A stretch of 64,000 nucleotides of DNA from Antedon mediterranea. Taxonomy: Eukaryota > Animalia > Echinodermata. The translations under genes and the position numbers were made by a program. A model generated the notes under the pieces. That model was not told the DNA's origin. It worked only from the letters and a program-made list of their open reading frames with translations, and searched no databases. Where the stretch lies: the NCBI RefSeq assembly GCF_964355755.1, contig NC_092676.1, forward strand, positions 18,122,871 through 18,186,870, in the 5' to 3' direction. How positions within the stretch are numbered: the first letter of the stretch is position 1; every line of letters begins with the position of its first letter. This document shows positions 24,810-47,762 of the stretch, one piece after another.

Positions 24810-24943
24810 TGTCTACACTATAAACTAGTTTAACAAAAAAGGTGTGATGTGTCCAAATATGGTAGTGATATCATGTCATCGTGTCCATATATGGGCACAT
24901 CATATTTTTTTGTCGCATAAAGTTTTATAGTGTAGACAGAGTT
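24810..24943. mobile_element. Harbinger/Tourist-like MITE family copy (left end eroded)
   Basis: tgtctacacta...tagtgtagacagagt; same family as the copies at 40739, 45369, 58509 and 60015. Confidence 0.75.
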
Positions 24944-25069
24944 TAACATTTGTGTAACATGTAAAAAAATGTCTCTCCATCCACCCCAACCCCCTCCCCC
25001 CTTTTTTAAATAGATTATTAATTGCTAAATATATGCAAAACGATGTGTCATAGCTCAAATTGACATTTC

Positions 25070-25668
25070 CAATTGAATTCTGACAAAATATTCTGTTAGA
25101 GCAAGTATAAATGTGTATATTCTGAACAATTTGACACCAAACTGAACTTTTTAGGACAAATAGTTACCGAGATATCGACATATTCAAACATTAGAGGTCA
25201 AGGGTCAAAAAAGCTTAATTTATGGTAGTTTTTTTTTTAAGTTTCTATTAGACTAAATATTAGATTTATTTTCTTAACATTTTGAGCCCATTCTCAAATC
25301 TCTGAGATTGCGTGTTATTGAGATATTAGGCAATCAAGGTCAAAGGTCAAACTGAAAAATAAAGCCTTTGCGGCCATTTAAAAACAAAAAATTTCATTAT
25401 AGCGAATATAAATATATATATTCCAAGTATTTTGACAAAAAAATTAATGTAAAATGTCCATGCGTTGTCAAGATATGGCGATTTTTAGCTATATAATAGA
25501 AAAATAGAAAAATTGAGGTCAGAGGTCACAGAGGTCAAATCAGATTTCCAGTAACTTTGTTTTGGCATCTCCACACTAGGCTTATACTCTACCAAACTGC
25601 TATATTGAAAAATTTGTATCCAGTCTGGTAACATCCCACCCCTTTTTCTCCCATTAGGGACTGGACTA
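25070..25668 (-). repeat. Dispersed repeat with tgacctttgacc motifs (copy B, inverted)
   Basis: The reverse complement starts tagtccagtccctaatggg...gatgttacc, matching copy A; repeated ggtcaaaggtca motifs. Confidence 0.6.
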
Positions 25669-28229
25669 AGGAGAGAATACCTGCAATCATAGTTGAAATT
25701 AAGTACGGATACATCAACTCCAATAATCCACCCAACCCTTCTGGTAACTTTTAATAATTCCTTATCTTTCATAATAAGCAAGCCTCCCATAAATCTACAA
25801 AAAGATATAACACTAAGTATGGTCGACTGTATGGTAGAACATTATAAGAATTTGTTTGCTAACATTAGATTTCCTAAGTTGTCTTAACAGCCGTTGTTGT
25901 CCTCTTTTATAGAGTTTTTGAATGTTATTACACCAGTCCAGCTTTGGGGGACAACTTTAATTTATAACTCTAACCCTAACCCTCATTTCCTATATTAAGG
26001 GGCTCGTACTTACTATAGGCCTATATTTTTGTTAGTAGCAGGTCATACTCTATACCATGGATGAGCAAAATCTGCACAAATTGCTACATGATAACTTCGA
26101 ACTTTGGAATTACTTAGTTTCTGTGTTTTGGGATTGATGGACTTGGTGGAAGAGACAATTAGTAGGCCTACCTCAGCCTCATCATGGTTTAGACTGAGGT
26201 AAAAAAAGGGATTTTTTTGTTAATGTTTTGTATAATCAACAACACCGGCCTTGGTAAATTCACCTAATAATAATTGTTTTTAAAAATATGAGAAAACTAC
26301 GCCTCCAGATTGCTAGAAATTGCACTCATAATCAATATTACAGCAATACATATAAAACATTATGGGGTTTTGCATTGAAAATAAGGGGAGCCATTCCCCC
26401 AAAAAATATATGTAGGAGTGGGAGAAGCTAAGTCTATATGAGTGTATTTTGGGTCTAAGGAGCCCCACTATTACGCAAATATTTATAGATTCTAAACAAT
26501 AACAAAATATTAAATCAAACTAAATATTTTGATCGTATTTTATTCATTCATGATAACTGTTAGATATGCCTCCTAGCTCAGCTCTATTCACAAATTATTT
26601 CACTAACGAACATATTATAAGCTTTGTGTGATGTTTGCACGTTCTCTATCTGGACTTCTACGTACGTAACTTTGCATAATTTATGACTATATCATCCACT
26701 AATGGTAACATTTTTTATTGTAAAACAGATCATAAATGTTTGTAACAGATACCATTATTACAAAACCATTATTTTCACTCAATCATCAGGGAAAAAATAA
26801 TTTGGAATTGATTGTACCATAGAAGTGGATTGACTGCGCATGTTTTCGCCTTGTGATTCATAGAAATAGGCCTAGCCTAGACGCATTGAGCATAAATCAA
26901 CTTTTCAATTGCCGCGAATTAAAATTCGGTGGCAAACAGGCTTTACATTCAAATAAAAACGTGGTGTAACTTCTAGTAGGCCTATTTTAGGGTTTTTGTG
27001 TTTAGAATTACCGTACTGATATACTGTTTATAGGCCTACCGATTATATTGCAATTGGTTGCCAAGGGTGCCACTTACGATTAGACACTGATCTACGATAC
27101 ATTTTACATCCACCAACATACTCATAGCAATTAGTATAATACAGGCTAAATAAATATAGGCTAAATCTAGCCTATTATTGAAGATGTGAGTAGCTATGCG
27201 CATTTCAGCCTTCCCTAAGCATTTTTTTAGAACCTATGGATGTCGCCTGGTGTGAAAGCTGTTTTCTATATTTGAATTTACTAAAACAGGACACTATACC
27301 TTATTTAGCTTGGAGCCTTTTGTGAATATTTATCACAAAGGTAAAAACATCGTTATATCAGGGAAGAGTGAAATTACACGCTTCCCTGGTTATATCGACT
27401 AGGCATCCACCTCCGTGCTTGTATATCATACTAGCTACCATAGTTAAGGATTTTAATTTTAGGGAAAAATCACTTGATGGCGGTCGTCGAACCTGATATA
27501 AACTGCAAAACAATCAAAATTTCTTAGAAATAACAATATTAATAATTTATAAGTTAAAGTGATTCTCGCGATGTCGTGACGCCTATTCACATTATCACCC
27601 ACTTGCTAACCAGATACGTTCGGTCGATCATTATTTTCTATTTAGCAGTTAGGTATAACAAAGAAATACAAACAATGTTGTATATTATATTAAATGATAG
27701 AATATTATCATAGGCTAACAATATCAGCAACAACTGGTGTCTTTAGATAGACTACCAAACTGGACAAGAGTCGATGTTCCTGACGTATGGTTTCTGTGAA
27801 GTGTACACCAAATATGATTTACAAGAAACTTGAAACTTATTGGTGTGGGTATAAAGCATCGGCTAATTTTCCTCTTGTGCACAATCAGTTATTCCTCGTA
27901 GCCCAAAATAATATTATTAAGTTCTTAATTGACTAATACTTGTCAAATTTTGCTTCAAACACTTTCACAGATGTTGCGTTTACTAAATCATATGGCAGTG
28001 CGATTTTAATGATCGATTATGCTAAGCAAACTAAAAAAATATTTTCTCAGTTCCAATCCCTTCTTATTGCATTTCTTTTGAAATCTATTTATTTTAGGGT
28101 AAACAAGGCCATATACATGGCTGCAGTCGCGTGATCAAATTTGAGTTAGTGTTTATCGACTGACCAACCGACCGACCGACCAACCGACCGACATAGTAAG
28201 CAGAGTCGCGAATATAGGAACATTTGGAG

Positions 28230-28820
28230 AGATGTAATTGTTGAAGCCTCAATTCCTTTGGAAGGTCGTTGTACTATGTATGGTGGCTCTTCGTCGTTGT
28301 ACCATTTCAATATCTTTCTTGTATTATGGGTCGGCACCATGCTTGCACACAATATTTCGAAGTGAGATCTATAGGATCTAAATAAAATGTGAATAGACTC
28401 GCAATCAATGAATTCAAAAGTTCTTAATAATGAGTGGGTGATTCATTGCTGCTTTTGTAGGGCCTATATTGGGTGGAATCTTTGCCGTCGTCTGAAATCC
28501 AGACTTCAAGATCTTTTTCTTCAAGTTTGCTTTAGTCGAAACATCTTCTCCCAACCAATACCAATTTTAACTTCCGATATTTAGAACCTTGCATTTGTCT
28601 AACATTGAATTTAAGAAGAAACTTTTCAGACCATTTATTTGTTTTATTGTAAGTATAGATTAATTAGGTGTCGTCTGCGAACCTAAGTCCAAGCGTAGTT
28701 CATCCAGTAAATCATTGGCACCCACTTCCACTCATTACATAACAGCTTTTGACTGCCAATCTCCTACTATTAGGCCTAACTTGTTGTTTTCTGCCTGTCA
28801 GATATTTACTAATCCAATTT
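28230..28820 (-). mobile_element. Decayed CR1 LINE RT, part distal to the Gypsy insertion
   Basis: Minus-strand remnants WISKYLTGRKQ, FADDT*LIY, LKFNV/DKCKVLNIG, EEKDLEVWISDD and YCVQAW...YKKDIEMVQRR, with stops and frameshifts. Confidence 0.8.
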
Positions 28821-28825
28821 ACAAG

Positions 28826-28999
28826 TGTAGTATATGCACGCGCACATATATATATGCGTACTGCGCATATGGTCTGACGAGGTTAGCCTACAAAACGTTC
28901 TATACTATTGTTCATGACTACTAGTTGGTTTCATTAAATACGTTCATTATTATACTCATCTCAACGTACTTATTAATTTGTCTACGACGATACACGACA
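28826..28999 (+). repeat. 5' LTR
   Basis: tgtagtatatgc...gatacacgaca, followed by the PBS. Confidence 0.97.
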
Positions 29000-29000
29000 C

Positions 29001-29013
29001 TGGCGACGAGGAT
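29001..29013 (+). other. Primer-binding site, complementary to the tRNA-Ser(GCU) 3' end
   Basis: TGGCGACGAGGAT, 1 nt after the LTR; animal tRNA-Ser(GCU) ends ...ATCCTCGTCGCCA (from recall). Confidence 0.8.
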
Positions 29014-29175
29014 ACAGGCACATTTACATAGAGAGAAACGGAAGTATAATAATATTATAAAACTAAAACCTAGGCTAGCAGTTTTTGATTTTCCAACAAC
29101 GGCAACCGTAACCAAGGAACCGCACAGGCTAATAACGATTCTGAGCGCCCTGAACGTACAGAGCGAAGCGCGGTA

Positions 29176-32100
29176 ATGGCAGCGGCTAATACCAGAATTC
29201 TATTCGAGAAATTCAACGTCCAGGATGGAGACATAGATACGTATGTGGACAGGCTGGAACAATATTTTGTGGCATTAGATATCAATGACGGAGGTAAGAA
29301 AAGAGCGATATTATTGAGTAGTTTAGGAGAGACTGGATACACAACGATACGAGATTTGTGTTTTCCTGATAAACCAAGTACAAAATCGTACGATACGCTC
29401 ACAACCAAGCTCAAAGAGCATTACAAACCTACTCGAATAACGATTTCTGAACGATTTATATTCAGAAATGTAAAACAGACACCGGGACAGACTATTTCTC
29501 AATTTGTATCCCATCTAAAGAAAAAGGCGATACATTGTGGTTTTGAAGGAGAGGCATTGGAAAACGCACTGCGTGATCAGTTCGTATGTGGACTAATAAG
29601 TCAGAGCATCCAAAAGAAATTATTGACAAAGAACCATACGTTCAAGGAAGCAACAGACATAGCCATAGCCTCGGAGGCAGCAACAGCGAATATGAAAAGT
29701 ATGTCGCACGATGTGGACAAGCCAATCAACCACGTTACGTCTAACAGCAGGAAGTCTACGAAAACTTATCAAGCGTCAAACCTAACACGAACGCAGAAAT
29801 GTGACCGCTGTGGTATGAACAATCATACAAGAGATACGTGTAAATACAAAAACGCTACATGCTTTAAATGCAACAAACAAGGACACCTAAAATCAGAATG
29901 CAGGCAGTCGAGTAAATCAACAAAACAATATAAACCTAAATCCATCAAGCAAGTAGAAGCACCGGATTACGACGAAGGTAATGACGATTTTGTAGATACA
30001 ATGTTTTGCGTAGGCATTAAGCAGGACAATTCGGTACCACCAAGAACGGTACAGATGCGAGTTGATGATATAGATATTGATTTTGAAGTAGATACGGGCG
30101 CAGCAGTATCGATAATTAGCTTTGACGATTACGAAAGCAAGCTTTGCCATCTACCATTAAAGTCAGTAAAACGTACACTTCACGCATACACAGGTACTAA
30201 GCTCGATATAGCAGGAGAAATTAAAGTCACCGTGAACTATAGGGGCCAGAGTAACGTTCTCCCACTGATAGTAGTGAGAACACAGCGACGAAACTCACCA
30301 CCCTTGCTTGGAAGAACCTGGTTAGAAGTGATTAAGTTGGACTGGAAGTCATTATTTCCACCATCGCTTGCTCAGAATTCGGTAGAAATAGATAACGATG
30401 TCGGTCAGTCATTCAAACGGAAGTTCCCAGAAGTTTTCCGAACGGAATTAGGTACGGTTCAGGGACACAAAGCGACATTACATCTAAAAGTGAACGCAAT
30501 CCCAAAATTCTGCAAAGCTCGAAATGTTCCATTTGCGCTACGCTCCGCAGTTGAGGTAGAGTTAGACAGAATGCAAAACGAAGGAGTTATTTATCCGGTA
30601 GACTTTAGTCAGTGGGCAACCCCATTGGTATGTATTCCAAAGGCCGATGGCAGGGTACGTGTCTGCGGAGATTATAAAGTAACAGTCAACCCGAGTTTAA
30701 ATTGCGACCAATATCCAATTCCGACCCCAGAGGAAGTTTTCACCAAGTTGGGAGGTGGAAAGCGATTCTCTAAGATTGATTTGAAATGTGCGTACCAGCA
30801 GTTAGTACTGGAAGACGAGGCGCAAGAGTTGGTAACGATCAACACGCACCGCGGATTATATCGATACACGAGGTTACCGTTTGGTATTTCGTCCAGTCCA
30901 GCCATATGGCAGCGATTCATAGAACAGGTGATAGCAGGACTTAAAGGAACATGTGCGATCATGGACGATGTTCTTGTTACAGGTGCGTCTGATAAAGAGC
31001 ATATTAGTAATCTTGAGAAACTATTTGAGAGATTTAACAAGTATGGTCTCAGAGTGAAAGCTGAGAAATGCGCGTTTGTACAAAAGGAAGTAGTCTACAT
31101 GGGACGTAAGCTATCAGCAGCAGGAATTCAACCGACAAACGATAAAGTGAAAGCCATCAAGGATGCACGAGCACCACAGAATGCAACAGAACTAAGATCC
31201 TGGCTAGGACTAGTTAACTATCACGCGTCATTTATTCCACGATTATCGACGATGATACATCCTTTGAATGAGCTGTTGGGAAGCAAACCATGGTCATGGA
31301 CTGTCGACTGTAGTAAAGCGTTTAACGCGGTAAAGCGAATTATTAGCGAAGACATGATGTTGACGCATTATGACCCATTAAAACCACTGGAACTATACAC
31401 GGACGCATCACCATACGGAGTTGGCGCAGTCATTTGCCACGTAAACGAGAACAATATCAAAACACCGATCGCGTACGCATCGCGAAGCCTGCATAAACAC
31501 GAAAAGGGTTATGCACAACTAGACAAGGAAGCCCTAAGCATCATGTTTGGACTTCAAAGGTTTAGAACATACTTATACGGACGGAAATTCACGATAAGAA
31601 CTGATCATAAGCCACTCGAACGCATTCTAGGACCTAAATCAGCTATTCCGACACTGGCCGCACAGAGATTACAGCGATGGGCAATCGTACTGTCAGCGTT
31701 CGAATACGATTTAAAGTTCATTCCTGGAAAACAGAACGTAATTGCCGACGCACTCTCACGTCTCCCAATGCCATACGAAGGACGGGAAGACGATGCAGTA
31801 TATAACATAGCGGGGCATACATTAGACAATTTGCCAGTCACGAGTACGAACGTACAACAGCATACCAGGAAAGACCCGCTATTGAGCAAAGTGTTATACA
31901 TGGTACAGACAGGTTTATGGCAGTCAGAAAACGACGACGATCTAAAACCATTCCTACACCGAAGAGACGAATTGAGTGTAGAACAGGACTGTTTGCTGTG
32001 GGGATACAGGGTAGTGATTCCACCGAAACTCAGAGGGGCAGTTCTGGAGGAGCTTCATTGTGCTCACCCCGGAATCGTGCGTATGAAAGAGATTGCGCGA

Positions 32101-33162
32101 AGTCATGTCTGGTGGCCCCAGATAGATTCCGACATTGAACGATTGGTGAAGCAATGTCAAGCTTGTCACCAAACACAAAGTCGACCAAGCGTAGCACCAA
32201 TGATGCCCTGGATCTGGCCAAATCAGCCTTGGACACGAATACATATTGACTATGCGCAGAAAGATAAACGAGATTATCTAGTAGTGGTTGACTCATATTC
32301 GAAATGGCCAGAAGTCGTTCAGATGAACAGTACGACGAGTGCAGCGACCATCAAAGCGATGAGAGAGTTGTTCAGTAGATACGGATTGCCTGTTCAACTT
32401 GTAAGCGATAATGGACCTCAGTTTGTTAGCGACGAATTTGAATTCTTCTTAAAGCAAAACGGGGTGAAACATGTAAAGGTTGCACCTTATCACGCCGCAA
32501 GCAACGGAGCAGCAGAACGAATGGTTCAATCTTTCAAAAGATCGTTAGCGGCAAGCCGAGCTAATGGGAAGGATTTCCAACAATGTTTGGACAGATTTCT
32601 TTTATCGTATCGCACAACAAAACACGCAACTACGGGACAAACGCCAGCGAAGTTATTCATGGGCCGTGAGTTAAGAACGCGAGTATCACTTTTACATCCC
32701 AGTACAGAAAACAAGGTACTTAACAAGCAGAGTGATCAGAAGCTTCATCACGACAAAACGAAAGATCTACGAGAATTTTACCCAGGTGAAATGGTATTAG
32801 TGAAAGATTTCCGACAAGAGGGAAAGTGGTGGCCAGGTACCGTGATAGAACGTACCGCTCCAAAATCATACGTAATTAGTGTTGAGGATGGCCGAGTGTG
32901 GAAAAGACACATTGACCAGTTGAAAGCGACAGACGCGGACGCTTACGCGAGTAAAACCCCTACTTCACATAGCGAGTTGGAACACAAGATTAAACAGACA
33001 GTACCAATAACGATTGCGAGCGAAACGATTGCGAACAAAGAGCAAACATCCACCAACCAACCGGTTGAAGAGGAACATAGATTGTCTTCATCGCCTGAGG
33101 TTATTCCACGACGCTCCACGCGACTTCGAAGGAAGCCAACACGACTTATCGAAGAGATATAG
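29176..33162 (+). CDS. Gag-Pol polyprotein, 1328 aa (Gag with 2 CCHC knuckles, protease, RT, RNase H, integrase)
   Basis: CDRCGMNNHTRDTC and CFKCNKQGHLKSEC; protease VDTGA; RT RVCGDY, KIDLKCAYQQ, RLPFG, IMDD; RNase H TDAS and TDHKPL; integrase H-H-C-C, VSDNGPQF, SNGAAERMV. The PR-RT-RH-IN order is Gypsy-type. Confidence 0.97.
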   Translation: MAAANTRILFEKFNVQDGDIDTYVDRLEQYFVALDINDGGKKRAILLSSLGETGYTTIRDLCFPDKPSTKSYDTLTTKLKEHYKPTRITISERFIFRNVKQTPGQTISQFVSHLKKKAIHCGFEGEALENALRDQFVCGLISQSIQKKLLTKNHTFKEATDIAIASEAATANMKSMSHDVDKPINHVTSNSRKSTKTYQASNLTRTQKCDRCGMNNHTRDTCKYKNATCFKCNKQGHLKSECRQSSKSTKQYKPKSIKQVEAPDYDEGNDDFVDTMFCVGIKQDNSVPPRTVQMRVDDIDIDFEVDTGAAVSIISFDDYESKLCHLPLKSVKRTLHAYTGTKLDIAGEIKVTVNYRGQSNVLPLIVVRTQRRNSPPLLGRTWLEVIKLDWKSLFPPSLAQNSVEIDNDVGQSFKRKFPEVFRTELGTVQGHKATLHLKVNAIPKFCKARNVPFALRSAVEVELDRMQNEGVIYPVDFSQWATPLVCIPKADGRVRVCGDYKVTVNPSLNCDQYPIPTPEEVFTKLGGGKRFSKIDLKCAYQQLVLEDEAQELVTINTHRGLYRYTRLPFGISSSPAIWQRFIEQVIAGLKGTCAIMDDVLVTGASDKEHISNLEKLFERFNKYGLRVKAEKCAFVQKEVVYMGRKLSAAGIQPTNDKVKAIKDARAPQNATELRSWLGLVNYHASFIPRLSTMIHPLNELLGSKPWSWTVDCSKAFNAVKRIISEDMMLTHYDPLKPLELYTDASPYGVGAVICHVNENNIKTPIAYASRSLHKHEKGYAQLDKEALSIMFGLQRFRTYLYGRKFTIRTDHKPLERILGPKSAIPTLAAQRLQRWAIVLSAFEYDLKFIPGKQNVIADALSRLPMPYEGREDDAVYNIAGHTLDNLPVTSTNVQQHTRKDPLLSKVLYMVQTGLWQSENDDDLKPFLHRRDELSVEQDCLLWGYRVVIPPKLRGAVLEELHCAHPGIVRMKEIARSHVWWPQIDSDIERLVKQCQACHQTQSRPSVAPMMPWIWPNQPWTRIHIDYAQKDKRDYLVVVDSYSKWPEVVQMNSTTSAATIKAMRELFSRYGLPVQLVSDNGPQFVSDEFEFFLKQNGVKHVKVAPYHAASNGAAERMVQSFKRSLAASRANGKDFQQCLDRFLLSYRTTKHATTGQTPAKLFMGRELRTRVSLLHPSTENKVLNKQSDQKLHHDKTKDLREFYPGEMVLVKDFRQEGKWWPGTVIERTAPKSYVISVEDGRVWKRHIDQLKATDADAYASKTPTSHSELEHKIKQTVPITIASETIANKEQTSTNQPVEEEHRLSSSPEVIPRRSTRLRRKPTRLIEEI

Positions 33163-33405
33163 AACTTGTGAACAATGTTATTATTATGAACGTTAAAGTT
33201 ATGTTGTTCATGTTTTTACACAAAATTATAATGGTGAGAATTACTCACATTTGTTAATTATTATGAGGAACCAAATAAGAACTATCTGGAACTATAGAAG
33301 CAGTAATTTAATCACGATGATTAACCTATTTGATTAACAAAATAATTAACGAAAGTTTATTGTGCTTATTGATATAATGTTAACGTTAAAATAAGAAAGG
33401 AGGAG

Positions 33406-33579
33406 TGTAGTATATGCACGCGCACATATATATATGCGTACTGCGCATATGGTCTGACGAGGTTAGCCTACAAAACGTTCTATACTATTGTTCATGACTA
33501 CTAGTTGGTTTCATTAAATACGTTCATTATTATACTCATCTCAACGTACTTATTAATTTGTCTACGACGATACACGACA
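33406..33579 (+). repeat. 3' LTR (preceded by PPT aagaaaggaggag)
   Basis: Identical to the 5' LTR; followed by TSD acaag. Confidence 0.97.
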
Positions 33580-33584
33580 ACAAG

Positions 33585-33645
33585 ATTTCCTATAAATCCG
33601 TGTGCATTTAGTTGTAATCGCCTCCAATATTAGTTAAACAACTGA
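33585..33645 (-). mobile_element. Decayed CR1 LINE RT, part proximal to the Gypsy insertion
   Basis: Removing the Gypsy element and one TSD joins RRLQLNAHGFIGNLV-NWISKYLTGRKQ, the KL..YGI.G.LL.WI..FL..R.Q motif of CR1 RT. Confidence 0.75.
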
Positions 33646-33779
33646 TCTTATTTTGTAATATATAGTGTTTCGGAAATGTGAAGATACGGTTTTTAAGGTT
33701 GCATAATTTCTCGAAAAAAAATTTGTTAGGCCTAATGCTTTTAAAAAAGGCAATTGCAGCGTACCATATTCCTAAACGA

Positions 33780-33873
33780 AAGCATGAAAGTCAATCATGT
33801 GGAACGAAGCCGGTATTTTTTCGAGTCGACGTATCTTCGCTTATTATTCTATCAACATATTGTAGAATTTTAG
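33780..33873 (+). promoter_or_regulatory. Probable YARS1 promoter and non-coding first exon
   Basis: The YARS1 ATG is 1 nt after an acceptor (ttttcag, 35050), so an upstream exon is required. A CpG-rich patch ends in tag|gtattt at 33873/4, followed by an AGGCCT/CTAG cluster. Inferred. Confidence 0.45.
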
Positions 33874-34591
33874 GTATTTTATTTTTTTCTTGCTGGGTGG
33901 AATACAGTTATTGTTTATATTAAATGATTAATGAATTATGTAGATTCAATTCCAAATTTGGCTGAGCAATTTAACTTACTAACAAACCTAACCCTTTCTA
34001 GCTAGGCTAGGCCTAGCCTAGGCCTACTCTAGGCCTACTATTTATAAATTATAGTCAAGTCTAGCTCAGAGAGGAGACCTAGTCTACTTACTAGCCTAGC
34101 TGCTATATAATAGAGTCCTTTCACATCATACAAGATGTTGCATCAGCCAGGAATGGTGAATTGGAAAGAAGGTGTTAAAAGGGTTCCTGCGCCTTAAAAT
34201 AAAGACTTAATATGATTATATGATATGATAACTTCAAGTCTTCCTTTTTTTAAATACAAAATGTTGTAAAATTAAAAATTAAATTGTTCTTTTTATATAT
34301 ATTATTAGTTAGGCCTATTTTATTAAATAATATTTTAAAGCAGAGTTTCAAAAAGGTCCATTAAATTCAAATAATTATGCTATTTATATAGGCCTACTTA
34401 AGAATACTTTTTTTTTGTATTATGTCATTGGAAGTTCTTCATATTCCACAGCTCAATAAACAAAGTAACTAATATTAATAATATTTGTTCACACCTGCAA
34501 AAATTAACAACTTGTAACAAGTTGTAACCAGGTTTGCATATATAGTGTGAGAACAATTTTCTGGAGAAAAACACCGATTGGAATCATGAAT

Positions 34592-34826
34592 TTGTTATTT
34601 ATTTATACTGGGTAACCTCTTCAGTCAAAGACTGGTCTCCCAGAGGGCCCAGTTACGATAAGTGGCTGTGTGTGTACTAATACACCGGGGTACTACTACT
34701 TACTAGGTTCTTTAAAGTGCATGTGAGCTAGATGTGCACTGTACACTGGACCTTTATAGACTTGTTCTACAACCAGAATCATGAAGTGAGTGAGCCTCGA
34801 ACCCATGCCGATGTTATGGCTACGAT
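34592..34826 (-). mobile_element. 5'-truncated tRNA-derived SINE, inverted copy of the family at 43697
   Basis: 34601-34654 is the exact reverse complement of 43943-43996; the remainder aligns with indels. Confidence 0.9.
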
Positions 34827-35051
34827 CAGAGGCCTGTTTTTGTTTCGAGATGTCCATAGTTGTTACTGCGCGCACATGTATTGCCCTGTTATTAAACTGA
34901 CAAATTATAGTAATCAAACATCGTGCAAGCATGTTTTCTCCCGAGATTCCTCACGGTTCGCAAGTTGTAACAATCTATGTAGATGTGAAAAGGGTATTAG
35001 TTAACAATTGATAAAACTTTCATTTAACAAAAATATCAAACATTTTTCAGA

Positions 35052-46749
<11,698 letters not shown>

Positions 46750-47485
46750 TACTGTAGTTTATATTAATTATTGATAGTCATTTCTCAAGCCAACTTATTT
46801 AAAGTCACACATATCTGAGCTATAATTGTACAGGCTATATACAGTATACTGTACTATGTTGTACAGGCTATATATCATTATATGGTTAACCCATTTGTAC
46901 CAAGCACTAGAAGATTTAGTTTGAGATGCCCTTCAACTAAAATTTATATACCTAAGAAAATGGAACAATTTAAAAGACAGTACCATCTTTACAACTAATT
47001 TTTAACATGGAGAAATTAATTTTGATGGGTAGATACATTGTGGAAGTGTAGTGTTGATATGTTATATGGTATATTATAATCATTTTTTACTCGTGGTACC
47101 AGAGTCTAGGACTCTCATCTTCTCTTCCATCCGACACTATTAAGTAAAAAGTGCGGTTATAAAGTACTACTCCTCCCTTATTCGTAGTATTAGTATTGAG
47201 CTGGGATTTGGCATGAATATACTACAGGGACATGTCCTCAAAGCTATAGAGCCGGATTTTTTAATTTCTGACCGGATGCAGCCATATGACGTCTCGAAGA
47301 TGATACCGTATAGCCGTATGTAGCGAAGTTATTGATTGACGTCATTACAGCTTCTTTTGCTGTACCCCGAGTATCGCACAATCATACTTAAATCTTTATA
47401 AAAATTGAGCTTTAAATGTGGGATGCTAACAATTAGGTTTTTGTACTTAATAATTGTACTTGTTTATAAAATATTTTATTGAATA

Positions 47486-47762
47486 CACCATATTTATTCA
47501 AATAAACGCACCCTCCCCCTTTCCCCCAACATATATACACAATAGTGTATCATAACACATTTCTATTTGTAGTAGAATTCATTGATTGGCATGATCTACA
47601 ATTTACCAAGTATTGATACAATTTGTATTATTATATTAAAGAGTTGTATTTATTCATATCTAGGGGTATTTATTTTATTATACATGTTACCATATTACAC
47701 CCTCCCTAAAAACCCTCCTAAAATATAAACGCCCAAGGGCGTTTAATTGAATGAATATGGTA
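47486..47762. mobile_element. Pogo/Tc1-like MITE
   Basis: ccatatttattcaaataaacgc ... gcgtttaattgaatgaatatgg inverted termini. Confidence 0.65.

Larger units (their letters stand above)
28826..33579 (+). mobile_element. Full-length Ty3/Gypsy LTR retrotransposon (Mag-like lineage), 4754 bp
   Basis: TG...CA LTRs at 28826-28999 and 33406-33579 (174 bp, identical by eye); 5-bp TSD ACAAG (28821-25, 33580-84); PBS 29001-29013; PPT 33393-33405; one intact ORF. Confidence 0.98.

Noticed and set aside
28925-29178. 83-aa ORF whose stop overlaps the Gag start (TAATG), suggesting stop-restart coupling
   Set aside because: It starts at TTG inside the LTR, has no in-frame AUG and no recognisable domain; likely chance.
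29070-32726. Antisense and alternate-frame ORFs within the retrotransposon
   Set aside because: Short shadows of the Gag-Pol ORF with no motifs; no env-like ORF between 33162 and the 3' LTR.
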